This document shows, one piece after another, positions 26,650-39,499 of a stretch of DNA of 64,000 nt. Below the pieces are notes generated by a model, which saw only the letters and a program-made list of their open reading frames with translations, did no database searches and had not been told where the DNA came from. Where the stretch lies: assembly GCA_035221665.1 (NCBI GenBank), contig CM069133.1, positions 53,320,001 through 53,384,000 of the forward strand, read 5' to 3'. The position numbers and the translations under genes were made by a program. Numbering within the stretch: the stretch's first letter is position 1; each line of letters starts with the position of its first letter. The DNA is from Okamejei kenojei. Lineage: Eukaryota.

Positions 26650-27170
26650 GTTTTGTCCATGGATGGAGTATTATGTTCCATTCAGGACTTCACTGTCTTA
26701 GTCTAAATATCTAAACGTTGAAAAGATTCAGTATATTAGTATACAGATTTAGTATGTTTACTAAAATGGCACCAGGGATGAACGGTATCAGTCATGTGCA
26801 GAGGCTGGAGATGTCTGGCTGGTCTTCTCCACAGCAAGAAAGGTTAAGGACATTTGATTTGTGTTCAAAATCAAAGTACTAATAATAGAAACTGCACCTA
26901 CTGCCAGGAGGGCGAGCAACAAAGGGAATATATGCAAGATAATAAAGCATGAGAAAGCATACTATTTTAAAAAATACATCAACATTTAGTTGCATTTAAA
27001 AACATACTGATTGAAATGGCAGCTACAAGGTGAAGTTCATAAATTCATGAAAAAGAGAATTGCAGTATAACAGCAAAGACTAGCAGGTGATGTTAAGTGG
27101 ATTGCCCTTTCAAGGAGCTAGCTCAGGCATAATGGGGTGAATGGCCTCTTCTTGAGCTGTGATATTCCCT
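26650..27170 (+). mobile_element. Very old CR1 3' fragment
   Basis: ggagtattatgttccattc...tttactaaaatggcaccagggatg...gaggctggag...gaaggttaagga; the tail contains gaatggcctctt. Confidence 0.55.
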
Positions 27171-27489
27171 GAAAACATTACTTGCAGTATCATTGTCAAG
27201 TGAGCTGGGCTTTGAGCCTTGATTTTGTCAGTACACGGGATCAACCTAATGGGGATGGGATGGGGTTCCATCTGTTCACCTAATTCTGAATCATGTAAAG
27301 CTCCTGTAACATCACCCTCAAAGTCAGATACTGTAATCCCACAAAAGAGATACAGATGAAGGCAGATTTTACCAGCACATTTAGTCAAACCAAACTGACC
27401 TAGTTATCAGGTATTTATTTTACTGAGAAAAGATCGTGGGCCAGAAACCAGTAGGTTTAAAATTCTACTTCTCTGAAATTAATAGCTAC

Positions 27490-27807
27490 AAAACCGATTT
27501 ACAGATAGGGTGATGGGTGTGGTGAGCAATGAAGCAGGTTTATCAACACGTTTTGGCCTTTAAAAAGAATTTTTGTTTTTGTTTTTGTCTTCTTATTCTT
27601 TTTTAAGTTTTTACTTATTCACTCTTTGACTACACTCCTTGGGAGTTTAGGGGTTTACACATTCACTATTTCTTTCTCTTTCTCCCTTTTTCTATTTCTT
27701 TTTTGTCAAAATTAAAATGGAAGATGTACAATAAATGTATTTTGTCATATGCCACAGTTTATACTACTGTCCACCGCTTCTAATAAAAATATTAATTAAA
27801 AAAAAAA
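27490..27807 (+). mobile_element. 5'-truncated polyadenylated retroposon (L1-clade 3' UTR) with 15-bp TSD
   Basis: TSD gaaattaatagctac at 27475-27489 and 27808-27822. AATAAA at 27782 is followed by an A-tail. Confidence 0.85.
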
Positions 27808-28571
27808 GAAATTAATAGCTACTGAAACTGCATCCGTCACTGGAAAGATAACTCCCTAAATCCCGGCTGGAATGTTTCTAAAAGCAGCTAGTCGCAGCTG
27901 TGTTAGCATTAAACTTGAGGAAGGGGAGGTGCCAGATCACTTTAGATACAATCACACATGCCTTTTTGTGTATCCAGCATTGTGCCAATTTAACCAAGGA
28001 AACAAAGAATTAGTGGGACTTTAAAAGAGAAAACAACATAATGTGGCTGAAGATTCAAATGATTCCCCCCCCTTGATTTAGTTGTTAGAAGGATCTGGGA
28101 GGATCGGAAGATCACAGCCAGCAGACGACAGTGGCATGGTGCAGAAAGCTTGTGGGCAACGTCTACTAATGAGGGAAGGAATGTTGGTAATGTCCCCTGA
28201 TTAACTGCTGACAGGAGGGGTGATGACATTCAGTGTCAAACTATTAAATCAGCCATGGCATTAACACCTCCTCTTGACGTCGCATCCCCAGAGGGCATTG
28301 AAAGCCACAAGAGCTTTTCAGCACCCTTCCTTGATAAACCCTGGTGATGATGCCTCAACCTATATCCACAGTAATAATAGAGGGCGAAAAATACTGCATG
28401 TCATTGCTCCAAGCCAGCCAAATTGAAAGGACAGGACTGCAGAACTTTCTTGTAAAGCAACATTGTCACCCAGCACTAATAAGCTAGGACCTATTAGCGC
28501 CATTGGTATATTGACAACAGGCTGGGATAACTAATATAACTTTCATTGGTGGCTCAAGGTCTTTATCCCAT

Positions 28572-28791
28572 TTTTTTTTTAAATCAAAAATATTTATTCA
28601 AACATTAAAATAATATACAGTACAGTAAGAAACAAAACAGAATATAACGATAAACTATTACACAACTATCTTACAATCCTTCTCAAGGAGGCATTCAACC
28701 CCCCGCGGTGCCCAGCGACCCCGGAAATCCCTTAGGGCGCCCGTGGGCAGCGCATAGTCCCTCTGTAACACCACCCGGGCACGGACATAAC
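28572..28791 (-). mobile_element. Tx1-type (L1 clade) LINE 3' end with poly(A)
   Basis: Minus strand encodes YVRARVVLQRDYALPTGALRDFRGRWAPRGVECLLEKDCKIVV*, then AATAAA and a poly(A) (the T-run at 28572). Confidence 0.7.
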
Positions 28792-29420
28792 ACTGGAATT
28801 ATGCCAAAAACACAATTTCAGGAAGGAACAATCACAGAGTTTGTGCAGAGAGGTGTCCCGTACTTAGTGTCACTTGATACTGGAGTCAGACACTTAACAA
28901 GGGTGGATTCATAACTCCTAAATGTAGTTTCTTGAAACATTTTCAACCTTTTACCTTCATTATATTTTATTTTTTACCTTTATTTATACCAATTCACACT
29001 GATAGTGCAATGGAAATGTTATGTTACAAAATGCAGACAGCTGCAGTTTTACTGAAGATATAACATGGAATTGGAATCTGGGGGGGGGGGGGGGGAGAAT
29101 TACTTTGACACCAGTAATAAAACTTTTTTTTTTTAAAACAACTGATTTTTGTCCATGATCTATACTCTGCCAGTAGTGGTCTTCTTGCTTTCTGCCAAAT
29201 ACATGACATGAGCAAATGAAGAAAGCAGCAGCAAGATTTCAAGATCATCAGGTCACATTTTGTCCATGAAGCCTTTACACCTCAATAATCAGGAATGCTT
29301 GGCACACAATTTTTTTTGAGCAGTGCCTGGTTCTATGAACTTCCTCCCAGGTTATTAATGGATATAGAATAACTTTAAACAGCAATGTTACAGGTTATGC
29401 TGCATTTAGGCACAAAGTGT

Positions 29421-30107
29421 ATAGAAACATAGAAAAATAGGTGCAGGAGTAGGCCATTCGGCCCTTCAAGCCTGCACCACCATTCAATATGATAAAGGCT
29501 GATCATCCAACTTAGTATCCCATACCTGCCTTCTCTCCATACCCCCTGATCCCTTTAGCCACAAGTGCCACATCCAACTCCCTCTTGAATATAGCCAATG
29601 AACTGGCCTCAACTACCTTCTGTGGCAGAGACTTCCAGAGACTCACGACTCTCTGTGTGAAAAATCTTTTCCTCATCTCGGTCCTAAAGGAATTCCCCCT
29701 TATCCTTAGACTGTGACCCCTTGTTCTGGTCCTCCCCAACATCGGGAACAATCTTCCTGCATCTAGCCTATCCAACCGCTTAAGAATTTGTAAGTTTCTA
29801 TAAGATCCCCCCTCAGCCTTCTAAATTCTAGCGAGTACAAGCCAAGTCTATCCAGTCTTTCCTTATATGAAAGTCCTGACATCCCAGGAATCAGTCTGGT
29901 GAACCTTCTCTGTACCCTCTCTATGGCAACAATGTATTTTCTCAGATTTGGAGACCAAAACTATACGCAATACTCCAGATGTGGTCTCACCAAAACCCTG
30001 TACAACTGCAGTTGAACCTCCCTGCTCCTATACTTAAATCCTTTCGCTATGAATGCTAACATACCATTTGCTTTCTTCACTGCCTGCTGCACCTGCATGC
30101 CTACTTT
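29421..30107 (-). mobile_element. Young 5'-truncated CR1
   Basis: ORF 29512-29775 is nearly identical to the C-terminus of the 60762-61532 ORF; the tail is (tttctatg)n. Confidence 0.95.
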
Positions 30108-30250
30108 ATAGTGTATGTATTTATATAATGGTATATGGACACACTGATCTGTTTTGTAGTCAATGCCTACAATGTTCTGTTGTGCTGAACCAAAGCAAGA
30201 ATTTCATTGTCTTATCAGGGACACATGACAATAAACTCACTTGAACTTGA
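30108..30250 (+). mobile_element. Rex1/Babar-type 3' UTR tail
   Basis: gaatttcattgt...acacatgacaataaactcacttgaacttga. Confidence 0.65.
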
Positions 30251-30391
30251 AAGTGCAAGACAGACTGTTCATGACGGCTGGGTTCTTGCAATATAGGAGA
30301 TCATTGCTGATTCATACCTGGATGTGTGTGAGCTCCATCGCTCTCTGTGAACACCTGCCACCAGGCAAGGCCAAATCCTCCCCCAGTTCTT

Positions 30392-31490
30392 AACTTTGCA
30401 GAATAATCTAAAGTGGGTGGTATCGTAGACAGTGAAGATGGTTATCAAAAATTACAGCCGTATCTCTATCAGTTGGGTAAGTGTACTGCAGAATGGTTAA
30501 TGGAGTTTAATGCAGATAAGTGCAAGGTGTTGCATTTTGAGAAGTCAAACCACGGTAGGACCTTCACAGTGAATTGCGGGGTCCTGGGGCATGTTGTAGA
30601 ACAGGGGATCTCGGAGTGCACATTCGTGGTTCCTCGAAAGTGGTGTCACAGGTATATACGATGGTCAAGAAGGCTTTCAGTGCATTGGTCTTCATCAGTC
30701 AGTGTATCGTGTATAGAGGAACTCAGCGGGTTAGGCAGCATCTCTGGAGAAAGAGGATGGGTAATGTTTCGGGTTGGGACCCTTCTTCAGAAGTTGGAAT
30801 GTTATGTTACTGTTGGCCAAGATGTTGATGAGACTGAATTTGGAGTATTGTGTTACGATTTGGTCACCGTGCTATAGAAAGGATTGTTAAGTTGGAAAGA
30901 GTGCAGAGAATATTTGCAAGGATGTTGCCAGGTCTTAATGGGCTGCGCTACAGGGAGACTAGGACGATATTCCCAGAGGAAGGATTGACGAGAGGTGTAC
31001 AAGGTCTTATAGAGGTGTACAAGGTCAAGGGGGAAATTGATTGGGTGCATGAACAGTCTTTTAGCCAGTGTCGGGGAATAATGTACCTGAAAGATAGGTT
31101 TAAGGTGAGTGGGGAAAGATTTATTAGGAACCCGACGGGCATCTCTTTCACACAGAGGGTGGTGGATAAATGGAATGAGCTGCCAGAGGAGGCAGTTAGT
31201 GTAACAACATTTAAAATACATTTCGACAGGTGCATGGATAGGAAAGGCTTGGAGAGATATGGGCCAAACGCAGGCAGATAAGACAAGTGTAGACGGATCC
31301 CCCATCGCCAAGAATGGACGCGGCAACACTTGTGCACAGCTCAGGTGAGGTCTGCAATACAATTTCACCGGGTTGTATGCAGCACAAAGCATTTCACTGC
31401 ACCTAGGTACATGTGACAATAAAGTATCATTGAATCATGGTCAACATGGGCACGTTGAGCTGAAGGGCCCGTTTACGTGCTGTATGATTT
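30392..31490 (+). mobile_element. CR1 ORF2 3' region with nested insertions
   Basis: GGIVDSEDGYQKLQ..WLMEFNADKCKVLHF and LERVQRIFARMLPGL..FTQRVVDKWNELP. Insertions at 30717-30790 and about 31295-31435. Confidence 0.9.
30717..30790 (-). mobile_element. Truncated hammerhead element inside a CR1
   Basis: Core CUGAAGA-A-GGGU-CCCA-ACCC-GAAACAUU (CpG decayed). Confidence 0.85.
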
Positions 31491-32629
31491 TAGCCAGGTG
31501 GATCCTATCACCATTAAAATTATATTTCTTTTTGCAGACAAGGTGTATATACTGGCCTTACCAGAAAGACACCAGAGGTCAAGATGTTCTACCTCAACGG
31601 CAGGTTGCATTGACAAAGCCTGCACTCCCTTGTGTTGGAAGATGGAAAGGGCTGTTTGCAATGATGATAAATGCAATCCATTACAAGGGGACACAGTGTT
31701 ACACTGCGAGACTTGGAAACTCTTCTTTATACAGATGGGGTGGCGACAATTGCATTGTTTAGATTAAATGGGGGCGATTCAATAGAAATTTCAAAACTGG
31801 AATCCTTCTAGTTGCCTTGATCAGACGTGATAGCTGGGTGGGATCCAGCCAGGGTAGTAAGAGTTGACGGTAAATCCCAGGTTTTCAAATGTTCCATATT
31901 GAAATGTCAGAGTATATTGGCAGGAACTGGGAGCAGCTATTTTACCTCAATACGGGACAACAGAAATTAAATTGAAAATGAAGAAAATTTATGAGAGAAT
32001 GACATTAAGATGATCCATTTGATATTGATCCACAGAGAAATTATTCCAGTTGGTGTATTTGGGCAGTTCATTAGTGCCAAGAACACACGTTTTCATTAAT
32101 TGCACCATTTATTTCTGCCAATGCATGAATTTCCAAAACTGGAGACGTGCAGAGATGATGGAGAATGGTGGGACTGGGGGAGCTGGTGAAGCCAGGGTCA
32201 GCCGAGAATACTGATGTATTTAAGAACAAGGATACACACCTTAAACTGGGATGAGGTGGATGGTCAGAGGAAGCCAACATGGGTCTGCAAGTGCAGAGAC
32301 AATGGGCAGTTGCTGAGGACAAACGGGATGTAGTGAGATCGGGGAACTGGTACTGGGGCAGCAGAACTTTGGGTAAGCCGAATGTTATGGATTTAGCCAG
32401 GAGAGGAATGAGCTGGGGCTGCTACCCGTACATCCTTTCCACACAGACCCATTAGCCCAGCACCCAAATTTGTTTACTGGACCTTAGCTCAAGTAACTAA
32501 TGGAAGTATCTGGGTTAACTTGATAGGGGGCCAATGTGGTCAGCAGCATTTAAAATAAAATACTCAATGACATTTAAAATGTTTTTCTTTGTTAAAAAGG
32601 CAATGCCATTAAAATGTCTGCCATGATTC

Positions 32630-32960
32630 AGTTAGTTGCTCTGGGTCATAAAATCATGAGCTCAGGGTCCACAACAAGACTCCTGTGCCAAATCCGGCTG
32701 AGGAAGCACTGCACTATCAATGAGATATCAGACAACATGTCAGATGATTTACCTTATCTAATGGATATCAATGATTCCTGCCATCATTAACAGAAGCGCA
32801 GGGCAGTTTGCCCATGGTATTCTGATCACTATTTAACTCTCATTCAATAACATAAAACCAATCACATTATTAGTTGTGTGATCCTGCTGTATGCAATTCC
32901 TTGTGTTACATCTGTGACCATATTTGCACCTCAAATATATTGTAGTTTAGAACATCCAAT
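32630..32960 (+). mobile_element. Degenerate DeuSINE-like element
   Basis: ctgaggaagcactgcact...ggatatcaatgattcc...gcagggcagtttgccc..ggt..tctgatcactattta...gatcctgctgt.tgcaa. Confidence 0.5.
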
Positions 32961-33179
32961 CCCATTTTTTTTAAAACTGGAAATGCTAGTAAATTAGCTG
33001 GAAAGGGAAATGCTGGAGAGGTTAAAACAGACATTTTGGTTAGATTGATTAGGCAGTAGGAAGCAAGGTATCAGTGTGTGAAGCATGAAAACGCAACTCA
33101 TTGCTCTCCTGATGAACCACATGAAGAAAAATGCAAGAAGGCCACATCTTAAGAGTGACCCTCATTGCTGCCCCATGAT

Positions 33180-33262
33180 GGTTGAAAACTCACAATTTCA
33201 CTTAATTTACAAATCAGTGTCGGTTGAAAATTCACAATTTCACTTAATCTACAAATCAGTGT
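33180..33262. repeat. Tandem duplication, period 42
   Basis: ggttgaaaa(c/t)tcacaatttcacttaat(t/c)tacaaatcagtgt occurs twice. Confidence 0.95.
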
Positions 33263-36200
33263 ACTCATGCAATTTTGGAAAATAATGAAAGCAAGGTTGG
33301 TGTATGCAGATGAAGGGAGCTTGTGGGACAGTAATGAAAGCTCAGCTGCTGGGAAAGGCCAGGGACATTTCTGCATCTTTTTCTGCAGAGCATCCATACC
33401 TCAGCTCTCCTCCTTTACATTTGCTGTGTTTGAACCCCATTGAACTGAAATCAAGGAATGCCATTTGATAATCGGAGGTCTTAGGGAAAAACAAAGTATA
33501 TTAAAATGAAATGTTATTAATTACCAGGTCAAGAGATTTAAATCCTACTTTACATTGCATGTAAGCATGTTCTTCTTGGGCAATATGATAAACTGCTAAA
33601 CAGGCACAGCGCCAGAGTATATTTGTTTCTCCCAATAAAATAGATTATTGTGACTGCTTGTACTTTTAAGCACTTGGTTTCTACAAGAACATTGTTAGCT
33701 TCAAGGAAATACTTATTTCCCATTGGAAAAGTGAATCTGTATAGAATTTAACATCTGAACATTAAAAGGCAGGTACTGAACAAATGTAGAAACCCAAGGA
33801 CATCTCAATAATAAGCCCATTTCCTGTGGCTTAGATGATGATGTATTTCAGCTCCCAGAACAGTCCAAATGTATCCAGAATGCACCATCTAGCTTAGTCT
33901 TCAAACGCTTTGAATTAAGGGATGTTTCAATGATTCACTGCGTTTCCCCACTTCTCTGGAGAGGTTCGCAATGAACTTCTGTTGAGGGTGTAATTGGGGA
34001 GCTGTGGCACAGTGGGTTTTAGTCATCTCATGTTATGATTAATAACCAGCCTCAGTCATACCTCCTGAGGTGAACAACCATCTCAGAGGGTCACACTTCT
34101 ATCGGGCAATTCAGAGGCTGACAGTGAGGAGAGGAGAATTCACATCCATCCTTTTATACCAGACAGTGCAAATGAACAAGATAAAATATCCAATAAAGCG
34201 AATGATTAATTATAAAATAAATGCACAAAAAAGTGTCATTATAAACCCAGGATGCCTTTGAGAACAGAGTTAAAAGCAGCTTTCCCTTGGGTCAATTATC
34301 TGTTTGAAACAAAAAGAATTTCAACCATAGACAGTAGAATTGTGGGGGACAGCTGGGGTGGGCTGTGGGGAGATGACTCAGTCACACACTGATACGATGA
34401 AGTCTAAGCAGACTTGACTAGCTTTCTTTGCTCCCTCATTAAGCCAAAAGGTCTAAAAGTAGATTTTTTTTTTCTGTTCCGTGTTTAGTTCCATCTCACC
34501 AGCCCGTTATCAGCGTACAATGTGTACAGCCTTCATTTCCTTGAATTGGCCCACTGTGTCACAATGACCCGAGTGAATAAATTCTTAACATCACAAACAG
34601 CCCTAATAATCTCTGGCCTCGACAATGACACAACTAAACTGCACGGTTACCAGATGTCTCATTCAGCAACTCATTAGTCACCGAAGTTACTTCCCGACTC
34701 CTAACTCTAGAGTGGGAGTCTGCAGCAATGTTCGGTTGCAAAGCTACTTCTCCAAGTGTTAATCAAGAGGGGCATGGTAATGTGTCAACTCCTTCAAACA
34801 TGCACAAACTACGGGCAGGCCAGCTTGAAAAGGTTAATTGAAGAATAGTGACCAACATTAATCTCCTATTAATGCTCCATTCAAACTTAATAATAACGCT
34901 GTATTTCCATTAGTGTCCCTAAAATATTGAGTGGGAGTCAAAATATAACTTGCAGCTCTAATTACAAAATAATCTGAACCATGCTACTGCACGACTATTA
35001 TGCCCAGAAATCTTGGAGAAAATGCTGTTGGATTGCTGGGAAAATACTGGCCCACAGGTCAATGTAGATCTTGAATTAAAGGCAAGATGTAAAATAATTG
35101 TGAACGTCAGAATTGGAAATCCACCTTTGTAAGAAAAAAAAATCAATGACATTAAGACTGAATGCATGACACGCCAGTGTGACTATGCCAGAGTGGGGTT
35201 TTCAGGTTAACAAAATACATTGCCAGAATGATTTTCTGTTAATTTCTGATTCACCTTCTCCCCGTGCAGCCACTTTCAAAAATATCCAAAATTAGCCTTT
35301 TTGGCACTTTTTATTGATTTGTGAATGCATCGGTTTAATCACGATTCTGCACTTGTTTCAGAGAGCACAGATGGCACTTTCTCATGTAAAAGCAAGTTTA
35401 TTCCATGCTGCTTTAAATCATCTTTTCTGCTCAGCAACTAACAAGAGAGAAGCATAGATGGTCAGAGCTGGCGGGGATTTCAGTCCTTCCTTTAAATGCC
35501 ATTAATTTCAGGAGCTTCAAGATTCTTTTGCCACAAGTCCATTTGGCAAAGCTTGTGTTCAGCATTTAGATTCTCCAGTATTGCAGTCCCCTTTCTAACT
35601 CTTGTCTTTGGAAGTTAATTGATTTTAAGCTATTTTGACAAATTCAGAAATCTGTGCTTAATACATGCACAATACAATCAAAAGCGTGTTACTTTAAAGC
35701 TTGGTTAATCAGGGGAAAGTGCGGCAATGCATAGATTAAAACCAGACTACCTTTCTGATGAGAAAAACACCACAAAAGAATGGCAGAGTGCAGTCGCAGC
35801 AGAAGTCTATCAGTAGCAGGAGTGGGAGAGAGCGAGCTTGGGAGACTCTGGTCAATCTCGACCTGTCACAGATCAAAAAGCTTCCCAGCGCTTGCCTTCC
35901 CAAAGCTCTGCCACTGCAGCTGTTCTTTAAGGGGTTATCAGGGTCCCGAGGCAGACTGCTCTTTGAAAAATTCGGACACTTTTACAAGTAAAGAAATAAT
36001 TTTAAAAAAAGGATTAGAGCCGGGTCTTCTGGTACCTTATCCATGAAAAAGGGGAAATAAATCCAGCAATGTCAAATCAAATGTAAATCTGCTGAGGAAT
36101 GTGGGCCTCTCACTTGCACAGCCGGGGTCATTTACATGTACAGTCTCCTGTTGGCCAGGTACCTGCTGCTTTGTGCCACTACAGGTGGTTCTCCATCCCA

Positions 36201-39200
36201 AACCACTAATAGCACAATGTAGACATAATTTCACCTGTAACACACACTTATAAAATCAAAAAGCTAACTGTCTAAAATAAATACCCATATCTTTACGATA
36301 TACCTGCAGATGAACACGACATCCAGTCTAGCATTTAATAACTGATCAACGCAGATCATACTATGCTGATTTACAATTGAAAGGATGATTTTATTTCGCT
36401 TTCCTTCCCTTTAATTATATTTAATTTCCACGTTTAAAGAGAAAATCAAGGATTACCTTGCGCGTTTCACAGAACCAAAACTCAATCACATACAGATCGT
36501 TTAGTAATCAGAAGTAAAAAAGATAAACAGTTCCCTTGCCACAAAGACTCCCATAAGCCTGTTTTACACACACTCTTAGAATGATTCTAATTTTTCAGTT
36601 TGTTGCAATTGAAAGGGTAAATTATTTTTCAGACACTGACAATGGCAGACTGAAATGATCTGATCGCCTTCTGTAATTATTGAAGGAGCCTTACACTATT
36701 TCATACAAAAAGCAATTGCTCCAATAATATCTGCATCCTTCCTTCACCTCTCTGTAACCAATTTACCTGGGATAAACCATACTTATGGGATTATCCATTA
36801 TCAGGCATATCTTAATTTTCAACTCCCTTGTTATATTTAGTGTGAAATTATTGAGCCTTTAGGCATTGCAGTGTTAAAGTTTACAGAATATCAGGGATCT
36901 CCAAGCAAAACAGCACTACATGTCGTTACAATAATGTGTCCCCTCTGATTTTCTCCAACTTCACCCTGAAAGCGTTCCAAATTTGAGTGTGAAAAGTTTT
37001 TTTAAAAAATAAAACAAAATCATTATTGTTCTGGGTTTTTAAATCATTAAGCGATTTTGATTTGACAGACACCGATGTAAATTGTCACACAAAAAAATGT
37101 TCAAAACCATTTCCCTTCAAAGGCAAGCAGCCAACAGACAATATGTTTATTTCTCCTTTGCCCGAAAACAACTGGTTGGAAAAGTTTCTGCAACCACTTG
37201 TTTCTCATTTTACTGAGGGGATATGTTCAATAGGTCAGCTCAGTTTCAGGGGTGCCAAAGGTCCCTGCTACTCAATAGCTTTTGCCCTTAAGAACAGATT
37301 CAATGCTTTTAGAAATAACAAAAAAAAACTTCTGTTATTCATTACCAGTCACTGATTGCATTAACCTTCCAAAGATTTTGTTTTGTTGGCAAGATCAAAC
37401 TCCAAAAAGACTGCTCTCTCACTTCATTGTAACCCGAATCAAATCACAAACTAGTGACATTTCAGCAAATGCCTGCTGAATGAACACTACTGTGTAATGT
37501 GGAGAAGGTCTACATTCACCCTTAACTCCAGATGCAAATACCAATAAGGGTATATTTTGCTTTGGATCATTAGTCATGCCTATTCACTTCTTTAGATCAT
37601 AAATTAGATAAATGCATTTTGGCAATAGTCACCTGTGTGCATCTGCGATTGGCAGAAAACAAAAAATTGTGAATCTAATCACAAAATGTTATGTTAAAAT
37701 AATTCCTCGCATTTTTCCATGAGAATTCCTGCAATGCAGGTTTTATCCTCTGTAAAATATTATGCAAGATCAAAAATGTAATTTGCCAAAACGGATTATT
37801 AATGACGACAACCAGCACTCACTTTTTTCCACTAGTTTATGTATTTCTACAAGTTGGGACAAGGAACATACTGAAGCATTTCATGACTGGTACTAATTAT
37901 GACCTGGGAACTTCAGTTTTTATCTCTGAGCTCACTCTTGAATCAAGCAACGGTGTGTCTGTTAATCACTACTACCCTGTAACTGAAAAATCTGAGTCAG
38001 CTTTTGCCTGCGCTTCATTCAGTTCCAAAACTCACCCAAAAAAAAAAAATCAAACCTGAACATGAAATTGCAATTTTTCAGTAAGACATACACTCTTTCA
38101 CTAAATATCACCTAATTTAAAAAAAAAAGTAAATCTTCCCACATTCATGTAAATCACACTCTGTTCTCCATTGAATTTTAGACTGGTTCCTCAGAATGAA
38201 GTAAGCCGTATATTCCGTGATATATATAAATACGGTATATATTGTTTTATTTGTCAGTGGATAACATACGGCATTCCATTAAAGTATTTTAAAATAATGC
38301 TACTCAATTATAGATTGCTCACTTCTTTCTGGCACCGACAATGCTCACAGATCAAATGTGATATCCAAGAGAATCCGAGCCATAAACAGCTCTCATCTAC
38401 TGGCCCTGACTCCATCACTCATACAATATCACTCTGCGAAACGTTGTGCACATCTGCTCACTGCATTCGCTCTGGGCGTAGCTTCCGTTTCTATGTGACT
38501 TTTAATACTAACTGGAAGTATACGATGCAAGCCTATAATAGGGGATTAACACTAACTAGCTCACACAAGGCTGTTTTGTACGAACCACCTACACGATGCC
38601 GACTCGAATTCAGAGGAGTTACATTCTATCGGTGCGCTTATTGGTGTCGCCGCCCTTTATAGGGAAGTGGTCCACCCATTCAATATAATATACCCCTTCA
38701 AAATAAACAGTAACCAGGAACATGAAGGCAGAATGAGAAGATGAGGGTGCGTCTCCCCTTGCTTTCACTGGGAGAGGCAGAGTAGTGCCGGATGTAAACT
38801 CTTCAGTAGGAACTGGGTTCCCTCGACTGGGACAACGATATACGCATTTAATAAATTGATACATGCAAATACAAAATATATGTCTTGAGATCTGGGCACG
38901 CTGGCTTTAAATAGACATGGGAGTATCAACTAGTTAACAATTAGTCTGTATCAATTTATATAGTGATCATTAATAGTATTTTTCATTTGTAGTGGGTTGG
39001 AGCCCAGTTCTAGACTGCAGCAAACGTTCTTCGGCCCTTGGAGCCTGCCTGTTCCGTTCCTAATGACCAAACTAGGCTTTGAAATTCCACATGTCAGAAC
39101 GTGCTCAAAGTTGAGCAGCCGACCCTGCAGAAAGGTTTGGTTTGAACTTCACCTGCTATTGTTGGCCTGTGTCCAAAGATGAAACTATTGCTTTCATTCA

Positions 39201-39499
39201 GCAGAGCCAAACATTTTTGCAAGAACAATTTTGCGAGCATGTATCAACGGGGACTTGAGTACACGACACCCCACTTCTGTGATTAATTAGCAGTATTACT
39301 GGCATTTGCAAAAGAGCTGCTCTCCCGTTCGAGGAGGATTGCCAAGTTCAGCAGCCTGGTAAAGCGGCCCTTGTAATGCAGGACCGCTCCGGGGGGAAAG
39401 TTCCAGCTGCAAGATAGGGCTTTAGAAACAGAGGGGGAGGCACAGAGTGGGAGACAGACAAAGAAAACCAGACAGACGAACGGAATGGTATATATACAT

